From contig OX597822.1 in NCBI GenBank assembly GCA_951406725.2, forward strand, positions 85,808,001 through 85,872,000: DNA of 64,000 nucleotides. The letters run 5' to 3'. This DNA comes from Octopus vulgaris (lineage: Eukaryota). A model generated the notes under the pieces. That model had not been told where the DNA came from, searched no databases, and was given only the letters and a program-made list of their open reading frames with translations. This document shows, piece by piece, positions 38,328 to 52,420 of this stretch. A program made the position numbers and the translations under genes. Every line of letters starts with the position of its first letter. Position 1 is the first letter of the stretch.

Positions 38328-39825
38328 GTCAAGATAATCTGCTTCCAGCCATTACATCACTACAACCACCATCACAACTAGATCCACAACACAGATTTTA
38401 ATCTCCTTAGAAAGTATTAATATCTCTTTACATATGCGTTATCATGTTAGTGATTTAAAAGTTGCTTCATAGCTCAGCACATCTAAAACAAATCTATAAG
38501 TTTTTATCAATGCTCAATACAGCAAGCAAGGCCCGAGTGACAGTATGCTTAACAACAACAAATATGGAAAAGATCAAAAGACAGAAATATAGAAAGGAAA
38601 AAAAAGATTATTAATAATAATAATAATAATATAAGGATTGTAAGTACTCTTTTTTTTTTCTTTTACTCTTACTTGTTTCAGTCATTTAACTGTAGCCATG
38701 CTGAAGCATTGCCTTTAGTCGAGCAAATCAACCCCAGAGCTTATTCTTTGTAAGCCTAGTACTTATTCTATCGGACTCTTTTACTGAACCGCTAAGTTAC
38801 GGGGACATAAACACACCAGCATCAGTTGTCAAGTGATGATGATGATAAGACATAAGTCATGATTTACAGACCCAGTTTGTACCTTTGAAATACAATCTGG
38901 AACACCCAAAATGGCACATATGCACTTTACTCATTTGCACATGTGTGTGTGTGTGTGTGCGCGCATACATTCGCTCTATAAATGGTAAGCAGTTAACTCC
39001 TGTAACAAAAGGATTTACATGAAAAGGGAGAAAAAAAAAGTAAAGAAAAAATAGTGTTTAGTGTTTTCTGGAAAATATAATTCTTCAGCGATTTTCAATG
39101 GTGGCTGCAATGTTACCGATATCGGCATCTGCCAATGACAGACAATAACAACAGCAACACAAACAACAATCATCATCATCATCATAAACATTCCTCTTTT
39201 TATTCTCCCTCTAAACAAAAGCTTACTTGTTGTGAATGGAAAAGTAAAATAGGAACAAAAAAACAGAGCAAAAACAAAAATAAACGACATCTTCTATCAG
39301 AATGGAAGATATTGATTAATTTTGGTGTAGTGAAGCAAACCTAAAAGATGGCGCCGGCACTAAATGCTGCAATCATTAACCAACGGTGTTTACTTGATGG
39401 CAACAACAAAATAAATAAAAGAAATGGGGGGAAAAAAATAGTTAATAAATCTATAAAAGGAAGAAAACCATGTTAATAAATAAAATAGGAATGGTAAAGA
39501 AAACGAAAAAAACATGAAGCAATCAAGACAAACGGATCTGATCAAAATCATCTTGTCTAGAAAACATCAATTTTAGTTCAATATGGAGGAGGAAGAGGAG
39601 GAGGCAGAAGAAGTGAAAAGAAAGAAAGAAAAAAACAGCAACAGGAGAAAAAGAGGAAAAGAGTGAATGAAGGAAAGATGGTAAGGGGTGAGACAAATGG
39701 TGAAAGAGAGGAAAAGGTGGAGAGCAGAGAAAGAAAGAAAGAAAGAAAGAAAGAAGCACATATCTCAAAATAAATTTAAGATTATTATTATTATTATTAT
39801 TATTATGATTACTATTATTATTAAA

Positions 39826-39867
<42 letters not shown>

Positions 39868-41184
39868 ATGTTATTATTATTATTATTATCACTATTATTA
39901 TTAAATGTTATCATTACTATTATTATTCCAACACTTGGCAACTGTCCTTAGGGAAAGCATGAACATCACAACATTTCTTTCCTGAAAACCTAATGTTTGT
40001 ATCTTCTTCACTCAAAGAAACACTAATTCTATCTCTCTAGCAAGAAGAGGAAGACTTTTAACAACTGCCTCAGTCTCCTCATAACCTCCCTCCTCCCACA
40101 GCTACTCTCTTTCACTTTCACTTTCTTATTTCTCTCTCTCTCTCCCTCTCCCTCCCATACAATCCCACATCCCTCCACCCTCTCTATAAATATTCTGACT
40201 CTAGAGAAAAGACATTGATCTTCTTGCCAACAATAAACCTGGCATCATCACATTGTTTGATTTAGCTGACTTTCCAATTTTCTAACAATTCCAAAGAATG
40301 GCTGCTTAAACCAACAAAGAACAATGTTTGCAGCCTTAATACAATATTGATTTCTTGTCACTAGGCATGTGGTATCAGAATTGCAAGAGAAGTGGGCAAG
40401 TGGTGTGTTGTGATATTCATGTCTTTCCTGGTAGAATTAACAGGATAAATGGAATAAAATGACAAACTGTGGGTGTTAACAAAAGAGAGGCTGAACTCAA
40501 GGTTATATTTCTTCTTCTAACATCTTCATCACCATTATTGTCATCATCATTTAGCATCTGGGTTCCTTGCTGGCATGGGTTGGATGCTTTGACAAGACCC
40601 AATGTGTCCTAGGACTGTATAGAGTTCCAATGTCAGCTTTGGCAATGGTTTCTATGGCTGGAGGCCCTTCCTAGTGCCAGCCACCTTACACTATATATTC
40701 GGTGCTTTTTTTCATGGCACCAGCACGAGTGAGGTCACCAAATAGGTTGCAAAACAGAAAAGAATAAGGAAAACGAAAACAAAAATGCCTCCACCACCAA
40801 GTGGGGGACGGTATTTGGGAGGCAGAGGGGAAGGATGGCTTTATGCTAGAAGTTGAGAGGCTAAAGTATGTCAGAGAGACAAGAATATGTGTCTTACTAT
40901 AGAGGAGATACATGGCTACCCGACATTATAAAAGGGTGGGTGAGAATTAAGCAAAATAGATCCACAGCTATCACATCACTCAAGATGTCTAACATAATTA
41001 TTTAAAATTTCCTGGAATCAAGGAGTTACATTTCTGACATCTCCAACTTTTAAAAACAACAACCAATATATAAAAGTTATATAATTAAAATCTCACCAAT
41101 GTTCCTTTTGCACTTCATCAGTCTAATGTTGGTAAAAAAAAGGAGTACCAGTAATATACTGAGGTTAATGCACACAACAATCAA

Positions 41185-41410
41185 TTAACCCCTTAGTATT
41201 TAGATTACTTTGTTAAATGCAGTGCATTATTTATTCACATTGTTTTGAATTAATCCTGCATCGTCTTGTAGCCTTGAGATTTCAATGATGTGACTGTTTA
41301 TTTTTGAATGACATTGTTGGTCATGCGTGAGAAACTGGATCTAGCCAGTCTGAACATAAAACAGGTTATATATTTGGACCAGATCAAGCTGGTTTAAATG
41401 TTGAATGGTT
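41185..41410 (+). mobile_element. piggyBac-like MITE
   Basis: TTAA|CCCCTTAGTATTTAGA left end; right end degenerate; body homologous to 16065-16253. Confidence 0.55.
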
Positions 41411-41628
41411 TCATTTCCAACAATCCATAAAACCAATCTAAGTAGTTTCTAGACTTCCCCAGCTGACCCCACCCTGATTCCATGACTTCATGCCCAGATC
41501 TCCTTTAATTATTAAAAGGGTCCTAGTTTTCTATTTCCATTTCCACAAGTTTAGAGTGTTAGTAACTGGAACAACAATAATATATTTAAGATGCAGCTGA
41601 AAGAACGTTTAAAATGAATAACAAGAAA

Positions 41629-41880
41629 ACTTTATAGTAAAGATTGTTTGCCAACATAACGTGGCAGTCCTGGTTTAGGATGAATGTTGCTGTAATTTAG
41701 CCCCAGGAGACATCGATCTGTGTCCTTATATTTTTGAACAAGGGAATCTAGCACCCCCACTCAGCTCAAAATAATATCTGTGTATCACAATTTCCAGGTT
41801 ATTTCCCTTCATCAGCAAAGAATTCGTCCTAAATCAGGACTGCCATGTTATGTTGGCAAACAATCTTTACTACAAAGTAT
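41629..41880. mobile_element. Inverted-repeat cassette (~57-bp arms) with HHR-like core on minus strand
   Basis: ACTTTATAGTAAAGATTGTTTGCCAACATAACGTGGCAGTCCTGGTTTAGGATGAAT and its near reverse complement at 41822-41878; minus CTGATGA-aggg(aaataa)cctg-GAAA at 41815-41791. Confidence 0.65.
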
Positions 41881-42696
41881 TGTTACTGAATATCTCGCAT
41901 TGTGAGATTTAAAAAATAGTAATTTTCTAAGAAAACTTTATTTGGTATTTTTAATTCATAAGCTGTATCTTTTATAAGACATGACTTTAATTGCTTCAGT
42001 TCTATCAAGCTGAAAACTTAATATTTCTTCTATTTCATGACTGGATAAGCACAGCCCCTGCCTCTCCAGACAAAGCCACAACAATAAAAAGTGGGGGAAG
42101 AAGGGCTTCTAGTTTTTAAAAAATATTCATTTCCATAATTCATATGTAAAGAGCCAATTTTACAAAAAACATCACCACCCATGGCTAACACCAAAGAGTA
42201 TGTGAGAACAAAAATGCTGAAAATAAAGGTTGTTTCCAGAAACATTGGAACAACATCAATCTCCTATTTCAATACGGAAGCATGCAGCATCTTTCCACAT
42301 GTCTTCATTGGATTACATCTTTGAAGACCAGCAGCCTTGAGAGATTATATAAATGTTCTTCATATAATTTCAAAAGGGAAATATTCTTTTGTCTCACTCC
42401 TGGCAGAGCCAATCTACCATCCCTGTCGTTAATTCACTCAACCAATGGAAATTGGTTGAGCTGCTCACAGGTGTAAACCATCAACGTTCAACTTCTTTCA
42501 ATATGGTGACCCCCAGACCCCATCTATTCAACTCTGTATCATTTGCACATTCACGGAGTCTCAAGGTTGCTTCAAATAACACAGTCAAAGATTGCCTTCC
42601 TGTATTGAGTGTTCAGTCAGACCAGTGCAGCTCATTTGCCTACCACCACCACCCACATTCACTCACACAGCAATTTATTGATAATAGTCAAGTATC

Positions 42697-43012
42697 ATCA
42701 CATCATCATCATTTAACGTCTGTTTTTGATGCTGGCATGGGTTGGACGGTTTAATTGAGGTCTGGAAAACCAGCAGCTGCACCAGGCTCTAATCTGACCT
42801 GACAACGTTTCTACAGCTGGATGTCCTTCCTAACGCCAACCATTCTGAGAGTATAGTGGGTGCTTTTTATGTGCCACTGGCACAGGAGCCAGTCAGGAGA
42901 GACTGGTATTGATCATGTTCAGATGGTGCTTTTTACATGCCACCAGCACAGGAGCCAGTCAACGGACCTGGCATTGATCACATTCGGATAGTGCTTTTTA
43001 CGTGCCACCAGT
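42697..43012 (-). mobile_element. RTE-type 3' tail repeat
   Basis: (CAT)n TTTAACGTCTG..GTTTCTACAGCTGGATGTCCTTCCTAACGCCAACC. Confidence 0.8.
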
Positions 43013-43191
43013 ATGAGAAATAAATGAAATACAAAACAAACACCAATTAAGGTTGTTCCCCCCCACCCCCACCCCCACTTACATAACCCCCCAAAATACA
43101 CCAGTCATTTATGATCTAATAAAAATGATATTAGTTACGGATAGATGGCAGTGTTTTTTTTTTGACATTCACTCCACATATATTTGGGGGT

Positions 43192-43545
43192 AGGCATGGC
43201 TGTGTGGTAAGAAGTTTGCTTCCCAACCTCATGGTGCCAGGTTCAGTCCCACTGCATGGCACCTTGAGCAAATGTATTCTACTAATGCCTCAGGCCAACC
43301 AAAACCTTGTGAGTGGATTTTGTAAACGGAAACTGAAAGAAGCCTGTTGTGTATGTGTCTTTGTTTTCATGTTCGTGTCTGTCCAGTGTTGGTGTGTTTA
43401 CATCCTTATAAGTTAGCAGTTCAGCAGAAGGAGATTGATAAAATAAGTCCCAGGCTTAAGTGCTGTAGTCAACTCATTCAACTAAAAAATTCAAGACAGT
43501 GCCCCCAGCATGGCCACAGTTTAATTAATGAAACAAGTAAATGAT
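43192..43545 (+). mobile_element. Family-A SINE
   Basis: GGCATGGCTGTGTGGTAAGAAGTTTGCTTCCCAACC..GGTTCAGTCCCACTGCATGGCACCTTG. Confidence 0.85.
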
Positions 43546-44332
43546 AAGCGATATCTACATTTCTAATTAGCTTCTTTTAAATGGTCTTTCCATTAAATCT
43601 ATTAACAACTGACCACTGACCTTTGTTAATTGAATGTAACACTATGAGATATTTACTGCTATAAACTAACCTCAAATAGCTTCCCCATCATTATCAACAG
43701 GAGGAGGAGGTATGAAGGGCTCTTAGCAATAATATCAACATTAATAAATGCTCTGAACAACAACAAAACTAATTTTGGCAAAAAAATTTCCATTTTCATT
43801 TGTTTTTATTTCATTATTTGGTTGCCTCCCCTCCTCCTCCTTTAATGAGGTGTGTACAAGTTTTGCTTTTGTTTTTATATTTTCTTGCTTTCACAGCCTG
43901 TTGTTAATCCATGTAAAACACCTTAATTAAAATTAAGTTTGTGTCTTGACAGCCCAGACATAAAGAGGTTGGGGAGTTGAGAAGAAGGAGAAGAGACAGG
44001 AGAGAGGGAGAGAAGGAGAGAGAGAGAGAGAGAGAGATTACATGTTATGTGGTACTGACATGTGAAATAAATATGCTATTTACAAGTTTTAAATCTAAAA
44101 ATAGACATGTTGTGCTCTACATTTTAATAGAACCCATTTTAGATGGTGGTGGTGGTGGTGGTTGTTGTCAATGTGATTTTGCTCTGGTTTTTGTTCCCAT
44201 TTAAAGCTTTTTTTGCAGCAGTTACTCTGCTTCTTGGGAGGGGGGCATTCTGTTGTAGTTTCAGTGATATATATGATCAACGGTCTGTGTGATCAAGGAC
44301 AATCCAACCATGACCATCTCTCTTTCTTTCAT

Positions 44333-44477
44333 AGGCGTGGCTGTGTGGTAAGAAGTTTACTTCCCAACCACATGGTTCCAGGTTCAGTCTCACAGTGTGG
44401 CACCTTGGGGATCTTCTGCTGTAGCTGACCAAATTCTTGTGAGTGGATTTGGTAGATGGAAACTGAAAGAAGCCTGT

Positions 44478-44510
<33 letters not shown>

Positions 44511-44730
44511 ATGTTATGTGTGTGTCTTTGTTCCCACTACTGCTTGACAACCAGTGTTGGTGTGTTTACATCCCTGTAATTTAGCAGTTCAGCAAAAGAG
44601 ACTGATAGAATAAGTATCAGGCTTAAAGAAAAAAAAATTCCACTGGGGTTGATTGAATCAATTAAAAATTACTTCAAGGTGGTGCCCCAGCATGGCCACA
44701 GTCTAACAACCGAACCAAGTGAAAGATAAC
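44333..44730 (+). mobile_element. Family-A SINE
   Basis: Full head, (GT)n linker and tail GGTGGTGCCCCAGCATGGCCACAGTC. Confidence 0.85.
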
Positions 44731-47700
44731 TGAAATGACAACACTATTGTCTGCTTTTTCCATTACTTTGTAATGCAGAGGTGTTCTTCACATGTTTGTT
44801 GTTTCTGCAGTTGTGATGGTGGAACTAAACAATAACAACAACTGTAATCATAGTTAAAGGAATTCCAGCCATGACCATCCCACAAGACATCATACATCCC
44901 TATCAATATATTCATACCACCCAGTTAATAGACCATCCTCAACTTATTTCTCTCCAATTATCAGAAACTCATGGCATGGAAATGAAACAAAGCATTTAGT
45001 TAACACACCTGGCCATGGGAATTTCTCTCGTTAATGTGGACACCTGTCTGTCCCTGTAATGAACTCTGAGGCCCAATCAGTGTTTACCAATCACAAGTTT
45101 TAAGCTAGCTGGGTTTGATTTGAAGGTGATTTCACTATTATATAATAATAATAATAACAGTAAATTACAGAGATGTACTTGCATAGCAAGTGACTTGATC
45201 TGAGATCATGTGCTGAAATAAAAACAATTGCAGCATGGAAGATGTTTGTAAGCCATTGGAGGACACACAAAAATTGTTATTTTCACTTCAACATTTAAAT
45301 TTAATTTGTGTTCAAATATTTTCATCACTTTGTGCTGCATCTCATGATGCAGCACAAAGTTTCAATAATAGTGAATTTCTGATTTAAGCACAAAGCCAGC
45401 TATAGAGGAAAGAGATTAGTGAATTAAACCAATCTCAGTACGTAACTGGTACTTTATTTTTAACAACTGCAAAAGGATGAAAGGCAAAGTTGACCTTGGC
45501 AGGAAAGTATAAAAAGGGATGTAAGCAAATACCACAAGGTATTGTAGGTGAGTCTACCATCCACAAGTAAATGATAAAATTAGTAACATTGGCATAAGGG
45601 ACATGACTTTGATCCCTAAAATAAAGGGTTACTTGGCTCATATGAAAACCTGGACTCAGGATTAGGAAATATAGGTCACATCAGGTGTGGGAGGGGGCGG
45701 GCAAAGTATGCACCCTTAAAGCATGTTGCATTCACCAGTATATTCTAAGGGCCCTCCTGGGGAAACCATCAAGCAGAGTCCCAGTCAGTCTCCCATCTCT
45801 GTGAGATAACTCTTCATGTGGCATGACCATGTGGTATGTGGTCAACCAACACAAGCCTTCAACCTAGTTGGATCCTCAGTAAAAAGACCATGGTAAGCAG
45901 GATCTCACTTAGAAATACAGAGGTGAAAGAAATATTAATCAAGTCTACGTTCATATAAATAGATTATCATTAATCTATTGTGTTCACTTGACTTGCATGA
46001 AGTAGCAGCCAAATCTTCTTCAAATGTCATAAAATAAAGACTGGACATATTAGATGATGTAGTTCAAGATGTACTATGACTAAAAACAAGACAAAATCGT
46101 CACAGCTGGAACATTTTATCACAAGTCTGCTCCAAAGAAACCAAATACCTTTACTTACTTTCTTCTTCTTCAATATTCATTCAATCCTGCGTTTTCCTAA
46201 ATCCCCCCTCATAACCCTTACAAAAAAAAAAATCAGTTCTGTCTCCCCAAACACAAACCAACACCTGTGTGTACCCACAGCTGGTATGAAAGGGAGGAAA
46301 GAGGGAGCAGAGGATATGAAAGAAAAGGAAGAAAGAAAAAGATAAGATTGGTAGTGAAAGAGAGGAAAGTAAAGGAAGGAGAAGTAAAGGGAAGGGGTGA
46401 AAGTGGGAAGAGAAAGGAAAGAAAGAAAGAGAGAGAGGGGGAAGAAGGCAAAAATGAAAGAACAAAGAAGAGAAGAGATAAAAGTAGAAAGGAATGAAAA
46501 GTGACAGATACCAAGGTTAAATAAACAAGAGATTCCTCTCTCTCTCTCTCTCTCTCTCTCTCACAGAGAGAGAGAGAGAGAGATTAGGAAGAGGGGCTTA
46601 GAAGAGTTCTGTTAATTTAATGCTGAGCCAGCTGAGCAGATTTTCATGAAGGAAGCAAAGTATGGGTGAGAGATAAGAAAAGCTGACTCTAGCCTTGCAA
46701 TCAGTGTGCTGTCTGTTGAATGCAATGTAAAAGGAATCTGGTCAAAGTGACACAGAGGGTGGTCAGAGAAGGGTAGATGTTAGGTGTAGCATTAAATTCA
46801 CACTTGTAAAGATTAGGTGGTTGTGGGTAGCTTCAACAGCCACCAGCAGGAGAATCAACCTGTTCTGTCTGCAGGATGTGTGTGACTCAATGTTTGTTTG
46901 TTGGTTGGTTTCTGCTATCAGTAACAATGTAAATGTACTGTTATGATGAGAGAGAGAGGGGTAGGGAGCTGTGGGCATGTGAAGCACACAACCCTGTGAC
47001 CCAGAAAATGCAAATAAAAAAAAAGCAGTATTCAATTATTGTTGTAATTGTATAAACAGAATGACTAAAGAAAGTATATGTTTAACAACACAGATAGTGG
47101 GTTCAAATCACCTGAAGGGATACCTGGGTATTTTTGCACAGGTGACTTTATTCTCTACTTCTGAGTTAAAAGGGTAACAAGGATGGCCACCTGTCAGAAG
47201 GAGCCACCCAAAAGGTCTGTAAATCAAGTGACCTGAGAGCAGATGACCTCATCAAAAGAGAGTATCATACCAAATGCCAAGATATTGGTAGTTTATATGC
47301 AAACATTGAAAGTGTTGCATTTATTGTTGCCAAAACACTTTGCTTGCTCTCAAGTGGACCAGTCTATCTGACTGCGAAATAGCGACTTCAGGAGACGAAC
47401 ATCTTTTACTCTTTTACTTGATTCAGTCATTAGGCTGTGGCCATACTTGAATAATTTTTAGTTGAATCAACCCCAATACTTAATCATTATTTTAAAACCT
47501 GGTATGTATTCTATTTGGTCATTTTCATCAAACTGCTAAGTTACAGGGACATAAACACACAAACACTAGTTGTCAAGCTGTGGTAGAACATACACACACA
47601 CACATACACACAATATATATGCTGAGCTTCTTTCAGTTTGTCTACCAAATCCACTCCCAAGTCTTTGGTTGGCCTGAGGCAACACACTTGCTCAAGGAGC

Positions 47701-48204
47701 CATGTAATGGGACTGAACTCAAGACCATGAAGCAAGCTAATTTGTTTTTATTGATACCAGAAGGATGAAATGCAATGCTGATGTCAATGGGTTTTGAACT
47801 CAAAATGTCAGGTAACAAAACTGAAAACTGCACTTTTGCTAGCCAAGGACATGAAAATAAATGGCATAAGCATGCAGTGGACCCTGGTCAGTATGTGACA
47901 ATGACTGCACTTATCTAGGAAATAGATGCCTGGTAAATGAATGGGGACCTCACAGACATAACGAGAAAAATCTGTTGTGAGTTTGGTTTTAATACTCCTT
48001 TCTTCCAGTTGCTCAGCCTCCATGGCACCATAGTACAGTCTGATGATGCTACTTCCTGCCAAGCTATATCCTGTCCAAAACATCAAAACTTTAACACTAG
48101 TCCTACCCAAGCCACTTAACCTCTCCGCAAAAAAGAACTGTGTGGTAATAATGGTTAATTATATGTACATAGTCATCGTACACATCATTTTCCAGTTTTA
48201 TTTT

Positions 48205-48560
48205 ATATGGTTCCAGATTCAGTCGCAATACATGGCACCTTGGACAAATGTCTTCTACTATAGTCCTGGGCCAACCAAAGCCTTGTGAGTGGATTTGGTA
48301 GAGGGAAACTGAAAGAAACCCTCATATACATTATGTGTGTGTGTGTGTGTCTTTATGTCTGTGTTTATCTCCACATCACTTGACAACTTGTGTTCATGCA
48401 TTTATGTTCTCATAACTTAGCAGATCAGCAAAAGGAGGTTGATAGAATAAGTACAAAACTTTAAAAAAAAGAGGTATTTGGATTGACTGATTCAACTAAA
48501 ACCTCTTTAAGGTGGTGCCCCAGCATGGCCACAATCTAATGTCTGAAACAAGTAAAAGAT
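48205..48560 (+). mobile_element. Family-A SINE (further copies on - at ~47400-47740 and ~49165-49465)
   Basis: GGCACCTTGGACAAATGTCTTCTACTATAG..CCCCAGCATGGCCAC..TGAAACAAGTAAAAGA. Confidence 0.8.
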
Positions 48561-50687
48561 ATACAACAAATGAGATTTGATGCTATTAAGAGTAATGTCA
48601 TGTGATGATGATGATTAAAAGTCTCAGCATTTAATTCATTCATAATTAAGTCCATGAAGTTATTTCTTGTCCCCACACATCAAACAGACATGCAACACCT
48701 TGTCTAACCTATAAGTACTAAGCAACTGATCAATTGTTTTGTAGGCATAAAATAGTAAGGTAAAAAGTAATATAAGAGAATTGATTTATGGACTTAATTT
48801 GAGAGAGAGAGAGGGAAGTGACAGAACCTTTGTAGCTTCATTCATAACACACACAACAAACAGTACAGACATGGTTTGTGTCTCATTAGTGACTTATTAC
48901 GTTTTTCTGTCTCAAATTGGTGATTACAATATTTAATATCATCAAAAAAAAAAAAAAGAAATATTTACTCCTTGGTGCACATTTACAGCCAGGCAGTGCT
49001 GACGGGTGTCATGGCCAGTGACAACATACAGCTGCCTCCTCAGCAATACCAAGCCTCATTAACTTTTCCTTAATGGCTGTGTGGTTAAGAAGCTTGTTTC
49101 CAAAGTACACTGTTCCAGGTTCAGTCCCGCTTGGGCAAGTGTGTTTTATTATAGCCTCAGTTTTTTTTAGTCAAATGAATTGACACCAGTACTTTTACTT
49201 TTACTTTATTAAGCCAGGTGTGTATTTTATTGGTCTCTTACACTGAATCACCAAGTTACAGGAACATAAACACACCAACACTGGAGAGAGACACACACAC
49301 ATTCGACCAGCTTCTCTCAATTTCCATCTGCCAAATCCACTGACAAGGCTTTGGTTGACTCAAGACTACAGCAGAAAATATTTGCCCAAGGTGCCATGCA
49401 GTGGGACTGAACCCGGAACCATGTGATAGGGAAGCAAGTTTCCTACCAAACAGCCACATCTGCACCTAATATATAAATGTGTGTGTGTGTGTGTTGTTAA
49501 CTGTTTTAATCCTGATACCAATGAGCCGAGAGAGACTGCACGTATTACAAATGCCAAAATATATAAATAGAAAGATATTGAATTGAAAAGAATTCACACA
49601 AGATGCAAGTTTTGATAATAATTCATAAAAAAGATATAAAGAACTATTTCGGTGTGACGACTAACAACACTAAATAGCTTAAAAACAAAAACTGATCTGG
49701 GTGGGGTGCACAATACATTCCAAAAATGGGTGTCGAGAAAGTGTGTTGCATAGGAAATATCAATCTGACTGTGACACAATTTTATTCTCAACAAAGAACT
49801 TGGTAAATGATGGCAATAAAGATGACACTGGAATAAAAATAGACAAGATGGCTCTTGTAAAGCAGTTTGCCCAACAACAAATGTTATTTTCAATGGCAAG
49901 GAAATGTTTTTAAATAAAGGAAGACAAACATATTGAAGCAGAAAAAAAGAATTACAAGAAGTGAAAAATATAGAAATAAAGGAGCTGAAAATAGTCAGCT
50001 TCACGTTTCCTCCACAAGAGCCGAGAAAAGAAGTACAAGCTGTTGTTGTTGCTGTCAATGGCGGTGGTGGTGGTGTTTAACTCTAGGTCAGCCCTTGATC
50101 CAGCAAATGAATAATGGAAAGACATTTCAGCTGCAGTTATTTGTCTTTTACTCAGACTGTATTATCTATTGGAACACTATAAAGGTGTGATCTGAGAGAG
50201 ATTTAACAGCTCTTTCTAGCAGAGTGAGCAACCATATAGATACTCTCTTGCTGGTTCTAAATAAGTACAAGAACTATATTATGGTTTATTTAATCAACCA
50301 CATTCCATCTCTATTTTTACCTTTTTAAGAAATCGTTATTAAACAGAGTAAATTACAGACAAAATAAAAACATTACATTTCTCCCCCCCCCCCTTCCCTT
50401 TTTGGTACACTTTTGTTGCTTAAAAACCGACAGAATGTTTCTGACAAAAGAAATACGTTTATTTTAAGCCGTTATTAGTGAGAGGAGGTTTGATTGTAAC
50501 TGATCCAAAAATTATTTTTAAATTATTTATGAAATACAGAAATAATTTTGTTCCTCTTCTTTTTATAACAGCTAACTTTGATCCTCAGCATTCAAGTGCC
50601 AATCAATAAGAATTGGTAATTTACAAGACAGTGAGCTGGCAGAATTGTTAGTGTGCCAGATAAAATTCTTAGCAGAATGTTGTCCAT

Positions 50688-51238
50688 CGTTATGACCTTC
50701 GAACGTTGGGCCTCACAGAGGCAATGATGAAAGACCGAGACCACTGGGTATACGCTGTGACTGCGAAGATCTGGCAAATAAAGTGAGTTCACGGCTGTAT
50801 CCTACACCAGTTTCACATAACTAGGCCCAGCCCATTCAAAAGTACCTTGGATGTAGGGCAACCTGCTGTGCTTACTTTGGATCATAGGGCAACCTGCTGT
50901 GCTTACTTTGGATCATAGGGCAACATGCTGTGCTTGAGGAGACCTATTCAGCCAAGTATATCAACATCAAAATAGAAATCAAATGGAAATTTTAGTTGTG
51001 ATACCCATGCCGGTGGCATGTAAAAAGCCTCATCTGGCTCCTGTGCCAGTGGCACGTAAAATGCACCCACTACACTAATGGAGTGGTTGGCATTAGGAAG
51101 GGCATCCAGCTGTAGAAACACTGCCAGATCAAACTGGAGCCTGGTGCAGCTTCCTGGCTTCCCAGACTCCGGTCGAACCGTCCAACCCATGCCAGCATGG
51201 AAAGCAGACGTTAAACGACGACAATGATGACGATGATG
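50688..51238 (+). mobile_element. 5'-truncated RTE LINE 3' end, directly following a family-B SINE head; contains a 31-bp x3 tandem
   Basis: RYDLRTLGLTEAMMKDRDHWVYAVTAK*; tandem TACTTTGGATCATAGGGCAACCTGCTGTGCT at 50843-50935; standard tail. Confidence 0.8.
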
Positions 51239-51254
51239 AGATATATATATATCT

Positions 51255-51779
51255 TTTATTCTTTTACTTGTTTCAGTCATTTGACCCCAGAACTTATTCT
51301 TTGTAAGCCTAGTACTTATTTTATTGGCCTCTTTTGCTGAACTGCTAAGTTACAGGGACTAAACTCACCAACATCGGTTGTCAAGTGATAGTGGGGGGAC
51401 AAACACAGATGCACAAACACACACATACATATATACATACATAAATATATATATAGGTTATGAAAGGTAATGGTGTCAAGAAGACCCAAAGGTGTCAGGT
51501 AATGTTGAGTAAGTGCTATGGACAGACTATAGGTTCGGTGATTATGCGAATGTGGAATCCAACATAGGTCATATATCAGCATGCGTATATCACACGTCTA
51601 TTTTCATTCCTCCACTTCACTCACTATTTCATATCTTTTCTAGAATAACTATTGCTTAAACTTTTTCTCACACCGTCTCCGATGAAGGGATATATAAAAC
51701 ATCCCAGAAACAGTTGTAAGACTTTCTATTCATAAATGTTCTGAAATCTTTCACAGCTTTAGATTTTTATCTCATTCTG

Positions 51780-51841
<62 letters not shown>

Positions 51842-51955
51842 GACGGGCTTCTTTCAGTTTCCATCTGCCAAATCCAATCACAAGGCTTTGGTCGGCCCAA
51901 GGCTATAGTAGAAGACACTTGCCCAAGGTGCCATGCAGTAGGACTGAACCCAAAA
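51255..51955 (-). mobile_element. Family-A SINE interrupted in its microsatellite linker by an HHR-bearing insertion (~51455-51790)
   Basis: SINE tail at 51255-51410; SINE body/head at 51840-51955. Confidence 0.75.
51675..51722 (+). ncRNA. Minimal type I hammerhead ribozyme (Penelope-type)
   Basis: gtct-CCGATGA-a-gggat(atataaaac)atccc-a-GAAA-cagttg-TA-agac; near-palindromic stem III. Confidence 0.65.
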
Positions 51956-52076
51956 CTATTCTCTGTGTGTGTGTGTATATAATATATATATATATATATA
52001 ATATATATATATATATAATAGATATATATATATATATTTTCCCTCTGTCTTCCCTTCTCTGGATCTTTCCTTCTAT

Positions 52077-52111
52077 GTTTCCGACGAAGAGCTCCGCTCG
52101 AAACGTTAAAC
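52077..52111 (+). ncRNA. Minimal type I hammerhead ribozyme
   Basis: gttt-CCGACGA-a-gagc(tcc)gctc-GAAA-cg-TT-aaac; palindromic AACGTT stem III. Confidence 0.7.
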
Positions 52112-52199
52112 CTTCCTTCTTCCCTTCCTTCCTGAGCGTTCAATAATACTATATTTGTTCCACGTCCTCGCGTTGTTGTGTTTTCATGTTTGGATTAAC

Positions 52200-52233
<34 letters not shown>

Positions 52234-52278
52234 GGAGTGGCTGTGTGGGAAGCAAACTACTTACCACACAGCCACTCC

Positions 52279-52314
<36 letters not shown>

Positions 52315-52420
52315 GGAGTGGCTGTATATATAGTTAATCCAAACATGAAAACAGAACAACGCGAGGACGTGGAACAAATATAGTATTATTGGACGCTCAG
52401 GAAGGAAGGGAAGAAGGAAG

